DNA of 28,407 nt, taken from NCBI GenBank assembly GCA_041689575.1, contig JBDNFX010000036.1:1-28407 (forward strand). Reading direction: 5' to 3'. Within the stretch, counting starts at the first letter, position 1. Each line of letters starts with the position of its first letter. The notes beneath the pieces are model-generated. The model was not told the DNA's origin. It made no database searches and was given only the letters and a program-made list of their open reading frames with translations. Origin of the DNA: Candidatus Kapaibacterium sp. GTDB taxonomy: Bacteria; Bacteroidota; Ignavibacteria; Kapaibacteriales; JAEUSM01. Below are positions 24,112 to 28,407 of the stretch, piece by piece. A program made the translations under genes and the position numbers.

Positions 24112-25881
24112 TTATAGATTTAGACGGCGTTTAATACCTTCTAAAGTACCGTGCGGAATAGCTTCTATGAGCTTTTTTGTGTATTCTCTAGTTGGATTTT
24201 CGTAAATGTCATTGGCATATCCAATTTCTTCAATTTTTCCTGCATTCATTACAGCAATTCTATCGCTTAAGAATTTAACTACAGATAAATCGTGAGAAAT
24301 AAATAAATACGTAAGTTTAAATTCTTCTCGTAAAGAGGTTAACAGATTTAGTACTTGTGCTTGAACTGAAACATCGAGTGCTGAAACAGACTCATCGCAG
24401 ACGATAAATTTTGGTTTTAATGCTAAAGCACGTGCAATACACACCCTTTGTCGTTGTCCACCTGAAAACTCGTGAGGATAGTTGTCGAAGTGTCGTTTTA
24501 ACAAACCTACTTTGTTCATTAAATCTAATACATATTCTTTACGTTCTTTATCGTTTGACATAATCTTATGTATTTGCAGTCCTTCCATTATAGCATTACC
24601 AACGGCGATACGAGGATTTAAGGACGCATACGGATCTTGAAATATAATTTGTAAATCTTTTCGTAACGATTTTAAATTTGAAGAAGAATATTCTGCAACA
24701 TCATTTCCTTGAAAGAGAACTTGACCACCTGTTGGTTTAACTAATCGAAGTAAAGCACGCCCAACTGTTGTTTTCCCACAACCAGATTCACCTACTAATC
24801 CTAAAGTTTCGCCAGGTTTCACATCAAAGGAAACATCGTCAACTGCTTTAACGTAATCAGCAACCCTACTGAAAATCCCCTTAGTAATTGGGAAATATAC
24901 TTGCAAATTATTAACTGTCAACAATGATTCTTTTGCTAGAAGATATTTATTTCTTGCTGCTGTTTCTTCGTCGGATATGATAACTTCATTTATGACATCA
25001 GATACAGAAATATTTTTTTCAATGATAGTACCATCTGCTAGTTCATCCATAAAGTCAATTACAGTAGGTAGTACTTTAAACTTTTTATCTAATCGTGGAC
25101 GACACGCCAACAACCCTTTTGTATAGGGATGTTTGGGATTCCCAAAAATTTCTACTACAGGACCTTGTTCTACAATTTTCCCTTTGTACATAACAATTAC
25201 ATCATCAGCAATTTCTGCAATTACACCTAAATCATGTGTAATAAACATCATTCCCATATTATTCTTTTGCTGAAGTTCACGCATCAATTCAAGAATAGTT
25301 AATTGTACCGTAACATCTAAAGCGGTTGTAGGTTCGTCAGCAATCAAAAGATCAGGTTTGCAAGACATTGCCATAGCAATCATAACTCGTTGCTTTTGAC
25401 CACCTGAAATTTGATGAGGGTATGAATTGAAAATATTTTCTGGGCGAGGTAATTTTACTTCTTTAAAAAGATCAATTGTGCGTTCTTTTGCTTCCTTTTT
25501 TGATACATTTTGATGTAACATTATGGTTTCAGCTACTTGAAACCCACACGTAAAAACCGGATTAAGCGAAGTCATTGGTTCTTGGAATATCATTGATATT
25601 CTGTTACCCCTAAAATTATAGATTTCTTCGTGCGATAATTTTAATAAATCTTGAGTTTCACCATTTGCTGGAGTAAACAGAATCTCACCAGAAGTAATTT
25701 TGCCGGGAGGCATTGGTATAAGTCGCATAATCGAAAGTGAGGTTACTGATTTACCAGAACCTGATTCTCCAACGATACCTAAAGTTTTGCCTCTTTCTAA
25801 CGAAAAGCTAACATTTTCTACTGCTCGAACCGTTCCCGATTCAGTTTCAAATTCTGTTGTAAGATTACGAACTTCTAACAT
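24112..25881 (-). CDS. Peptide ABC transporter ATPase with two fused NBDs (YejF/DppDF-like)
   Basis: Two Walker A ([16 protein letters not shown]), signatures ISGGQ and FSGGQ, Walker B ADEPT and CDESV. Confidence 0.95.
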   Translation of the reverse strand: MLEVRNLTTEFETESGTVRAVENVSFSLERGKTLGIVGESGSGKSVTSLSIMRLIPMPPGKITSGEILFTPANGETQDLLKLSHEEIYNFRGNRISMIFQEPMTSLNPVFTCGFQVAETIMLHQNVSKKEAKERTIDLFKEVKLPRPENIFNSYPHQISGGQKQRVMIAMAMSCKPDLLIADEPTTALDVTVQLTILELMRELQQKNNMGMMFITHDLGVIAEIADDVIVMYKGKIVEQGPVVEIFGNPKHPYTKGLLACRPRLDKKFKVLPTVIDFMDELADGTIIEKNISVSDVINEVIISDEETAARNKYLLAKESLLTVNNLQVYFPITKGIFSRVADYVKAVDDVSFDVKPGETLGLVGESGCGKTTVGRALLRLVKPTGGQVLFQGNDVAEYSSSNLKSLRKDLQIIFQDPYASLNPRIAVGNAIMEGLQIHKIMSNDKERKEYVLDLMNKVGLLKRHFDNYPHEFSGGQRQRVCIARALALKPKFIVCDESVSALDVSVQAQVLNLLTSLREEFKLTYLFISHDLSVVKFLSDRIAVMNAGKIEEIGYANDIYENPTREYTKKLIEAIPHGTLEGIKRRLNL

Positions 25882-25896
25882 TTTTATTCCTATCTC

Positions 25897-27054
25897 CTAT
25901 CGTAAACGAGAAAATGTTCGTGGGTCGAATGCTTCTCTTATCGCTTCCCCAATAAATACAACCATTATAAGTGTTGTTGCCATTGCTGACATAGGTACAA
26001 CAACTAACCACCATTTTGAAAGATTTTGTAAACCAATTCCAATCATTTGTCCCCAACTTGGAGTTGGAGGTTGAAGTCCAAAACCTAAAAAATCCAAAGA
26101 GACTAAATAACCAATACTACCAACAATGGTAAAAGGTAAATAGGTAATAATTGGAACTAATGAATTTGGAAGAATATGCTTAAATAAAATTGAATTTGTA
26201 GATGCACCCATCGAAACAGCCGCGGCTACATAATCTCGTGCTTTTTCTCGATAAAATTGAGCTCTCATTTGATAAGAAATCCCAATCCACCCAGTTAAAG
26301 CAATTAATGTAACTAATAGTATAAAACTTGGAGTGGTAATTGACACAACTATAATGATAATAAAAAGCATTGGCAATGTAGCCCAAATCTCTTTAAATCG
26401 TTGCATTACAACATCGAACCAACCGCCCCAATACCCCATTGTTCCACCGATTACAATTCCAATAAAGTATTCAATAAATGCCAAAAGCAATGCAAATGAA
26501 AGCGATACTTGGAACCCGTAGGACATACGAGAAAGTACATCTCTACCACGGTCATCGGTTCCTAAAATTCTCATAGCTCCAGTAGGATTTTTTTCAAATG
26601 GTGCTAAGAATGCTACATTCCCATCGGAAGAAATATCTTCTAAAGGATCGTAAGGATACATTGTCATCACAATTGTACCAGAATTATTAGTCGCAAACAT
26701 TTCTTGAATCTTACGATAATTTGCATTCCCCTTGTTACCTTCTTCGCCTAATGTTTCACCGGGAACAAAACTTTTGTCAACAAAGAAACTGAGTATAGGC
26801 AAGGATGATCCAAGATCACGAATCGCTGGAAAAAACGTTTGATCCTTAAAGGAAACGTACAATGGTTTGTTGTTTACAATTACAGGTAATAAAAATGAAA
26901 CCAAGTACAGAACGATTAGAATGATTAAAGAATAATAACCACGTTTTAAACTTTTAAAACGGCGCCACCGACGCTGGTTTATAGAAAGCGACTGTATAGT
27001 ACTTCCTTTTGTTTGTGGGTCTAATTCTTCTATTTCAAGTATTGTGTCAGCCAT
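25897..27054 (-). CDS. Peptide ABC transporter permease (YejE/OppC-like)
   Basis: N-terminus NQRRWRRFKSLKRGYYSL typical of the YejE type; LGTDDRGRDV; EAA loop DYVAAAVSMGAS; PTPSWG. Confidence 0.9.
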   Translation of the reverse strand: MADTILEIEELDPQTKGSTIQSLSINQRRWRRFKSLKRGYYSLIILIVLYLVSFLLPVIVNNKPLYVSFKDQTFFPAIRDLGSSLPILSFFVDKSFVPGETLGEEGNKGNANYRKIQEMFATNNSGTIVMTMYPYDPLEDISSDGNVAFLAPFEKNPTGAMRILGTDDRGRDVLSRMSYGFQVSLSFALLLAFIEYFIGIVIGGTMGYWGGWFDVVMQRFKEIWATLPMLFIIIIVVSITTPSFILLVTLIALTGWIGISYQMRAQFYREKARDYVAAAVSMGASTNSILFKHILPNSLVPIITYLPFTIVGSIGYLVSLDFLGFGLQPPTPSWGQMIGIGLQNLSKWWLVVVPMSAMATTLIMVVFIGEAIREAFDPRTFSRLR

Positions 27055-27084
27055 AAAATCTATAGAGTAAGTAAGGGGTTATTT

Positions 27085-28326
27085 CTATTTAAATCGAATT
27101 CTAGGGTCTACAATTGCTAAGGCTAAATCGGAGATTATTGATCCAATAAGTGTAATAATTACAGAAATAACTGTAAATGAAAACACAATTGGGTAATCTC
27201 TTGAACCAATTGCACTAAAGGATAATTTTCCAATCCCATCGATATTAAAAACTGTTTCAATTAAGTAGTTTGAAGTTAAAAATATACCAATGATATAACC
27301 AATATTTGCAGTAATTGGAATAATGGAATTTCTCATTGCATGAACCCAAATAACTCTTTGTTCGCGAAGTCCTTTTGCAAATGCCGTACGAACATAGTCC
27401 TGACTTAAATTATCAAGTAAGGAATTTTTCATTAACATTGTTAATCCAGCAAAAGAAGGGATAGTGTAAGCAAGTGTAGGTAGTACAAAATGATACATTC
27501 TATCGATTATTTTTTCACCTAAACTCATTGTAGGGTAATCTTGGGAATACATTCCACCAAGTGGGAAGACATCGAAGAACGAGCCACCACCTAACAACAC
27601 TAAGAGCATTGCACCTAATGCCCAACCAGGGATAGAATACCCAACGATTACTAAGGTTGAAGTTGCAAAATCGAATGCGCTATTATGGCGTAAAGCTTTT
27701 TGAATTCCAAGATAAATACAAACCGTATAACTGATTGCAAACCCTAAAAACCCAAATTGAAATGAAACAGGGATTCGGGCTGATATTAAATTTATAACTG
27801 GTTCGCGATAATCGTAGGATTTACCAAAATCTAAAGTAAGAATTCCACTAAATCCAGTTTGATAAATACGTACTTTTTCTTCACCCTCATCATTTTTTTG
27901 AGGTTCTATTAGCCATTCAGCAGAACTAAGTTCCGACTGATTTTCTCCATCATAAACAGTATAAGCGCCATTTTCTTTTTTCACAATAATTGTTTTGCCT
28001 TTTCCAACAGAACGTTTGGTTTCAGGTTCAACAACGAAAGATTCAGTTTCGCGTGGGTAAACACCCAACCAAGTTAAATATTGAATGTAAATTGGTTTGT
28101 CAAAGCCGTAATAGCGTTTTAATTCTAATAATGCTGATTCCGGTATTACAGAACCACCGGTAGAACTACTAACAGCAGATTCACTACCACCAATACCTCG
28201 TAAGGCTCGTATTTGTTGTTCCAAAGGTCCTCCCGGAGCTAAGGTAACAATAAAGAAAACTACAATGGTACACCCAAAAAAAGTAGGAATTGTTAACAGT
28301 AGTCGACGAATAAAATATTCTAACAT
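27085..28326 (-). CDS. Peptide ABC transporter permease (YejB/OppB-like) with an extra periplasmic insertion
   Basis: YFIRRLLLTIPT, LAPGGP, YGFDKP, LDFGKS, DYVRTAFAKGL, ETVFNIDGIG, SRDYP, DPRIRF. Confidence 0.92.
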   Translation of the reverse strand: MLEYFIRRLLLTIPTFFGCTIVVFFIVTLAPGGPLEQQIRALRGIGGSESAVSSSTGGSVIPESALLELKRYYGFDKPIYIQYLTWLGVYPRETESFVVEPETKRSVGKGKTIIVKKENGAYTVYDGENQSELSSAEWLIEPQKNDEGEEKVRIYQTGFSGILTLDFGKSYDYREPVINLISARIPVSFQFGFLGFAISYTVCIYLGIQKALRHNSAFDFATSTLVIVGYSIPGWALGAMLLVLLGGGSFFDVFPLGGMYSQDYPTMSLGEKIIDRMYHFVLPTLAYTIPSFAGLTMLMKNSLLDNLSQDYVRTAFAKGLREQRVIWVHAMRNSIIPITANIGYIIGIFLTSNYLIETVFNIDGIGKLSFSAIGSRDYPIVFSFTVISVIITLIGSIISDLALAIVDPRIRFK

Positions 28327-28381
28327 AATTTATGATGCTTTCTTCAACAAAAAACGGTTGATTCACTTTTCACACGATGTA

Positions 28382-28404
28382 GGGTCTGTTGTTTACACAG
28401 ACCC
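28382..28404 (-). promoter_or_regulatory. GC-rich hairpin upstream of the YejB-like gene (mRNA-stabilising or attenuating)
   Basis: gggtctgt-tgtttac-acagaccc. The upstream gene is outside the window. Confidence 0.4.
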
Positions 28405-28407
28405 ATA

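Noticed and set aside
24950-25110. Extra segment between the two NBDs of the ABC ATPase
   Set aside because: A linker between fused NBDs is expected and it has no distinct motif.

Overview
AT-rich bacterial window, most likely FCB group (Bacteroidota/Ignavibacteria/Kapabacteria-like). The assignment rests on the rplM-rpsI-rpsB-tsf-pyrH gene order, a T9SS type-A C-terminal domain and recurrent TAnnTTTG promoter motifs. Left to right: sbcD 3' end, sbcC, a stand-alone GAF protein, a convergent intergenic region with five hairpins, and the minus-strand translation operon, in which tsf is split by a frameshift and frr is absent after pyrH. Next come a CCA-adding enzyme, a beta-propeller lipoprotein, a gamma-carbonic-anhydrase-family protein, an ECF sigma / beta-barrel-tailed anti-sigma / T9SS-cargo cluster and an M16 peptidase. 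An accessory patch follows: a remnant of an RM-type helicase, a 4xPAS hybrid kinase with a degenerate N-terminal receiver, and a divergent ORF with RGS-domain-like motifs. The window ends with an outer-membrane beta-barrel, a CAU tRNA, a second hairpin-rich convergent region and a YejBEF-like peptide ABC transporter. The most unusual items are the RGS-like ORF, the possibly trans-envelope anti-sigma, the tsf frameshift and a 17-bp palindromic repeat present three times. All family calls come from motif recognition by eye; no searches were run.
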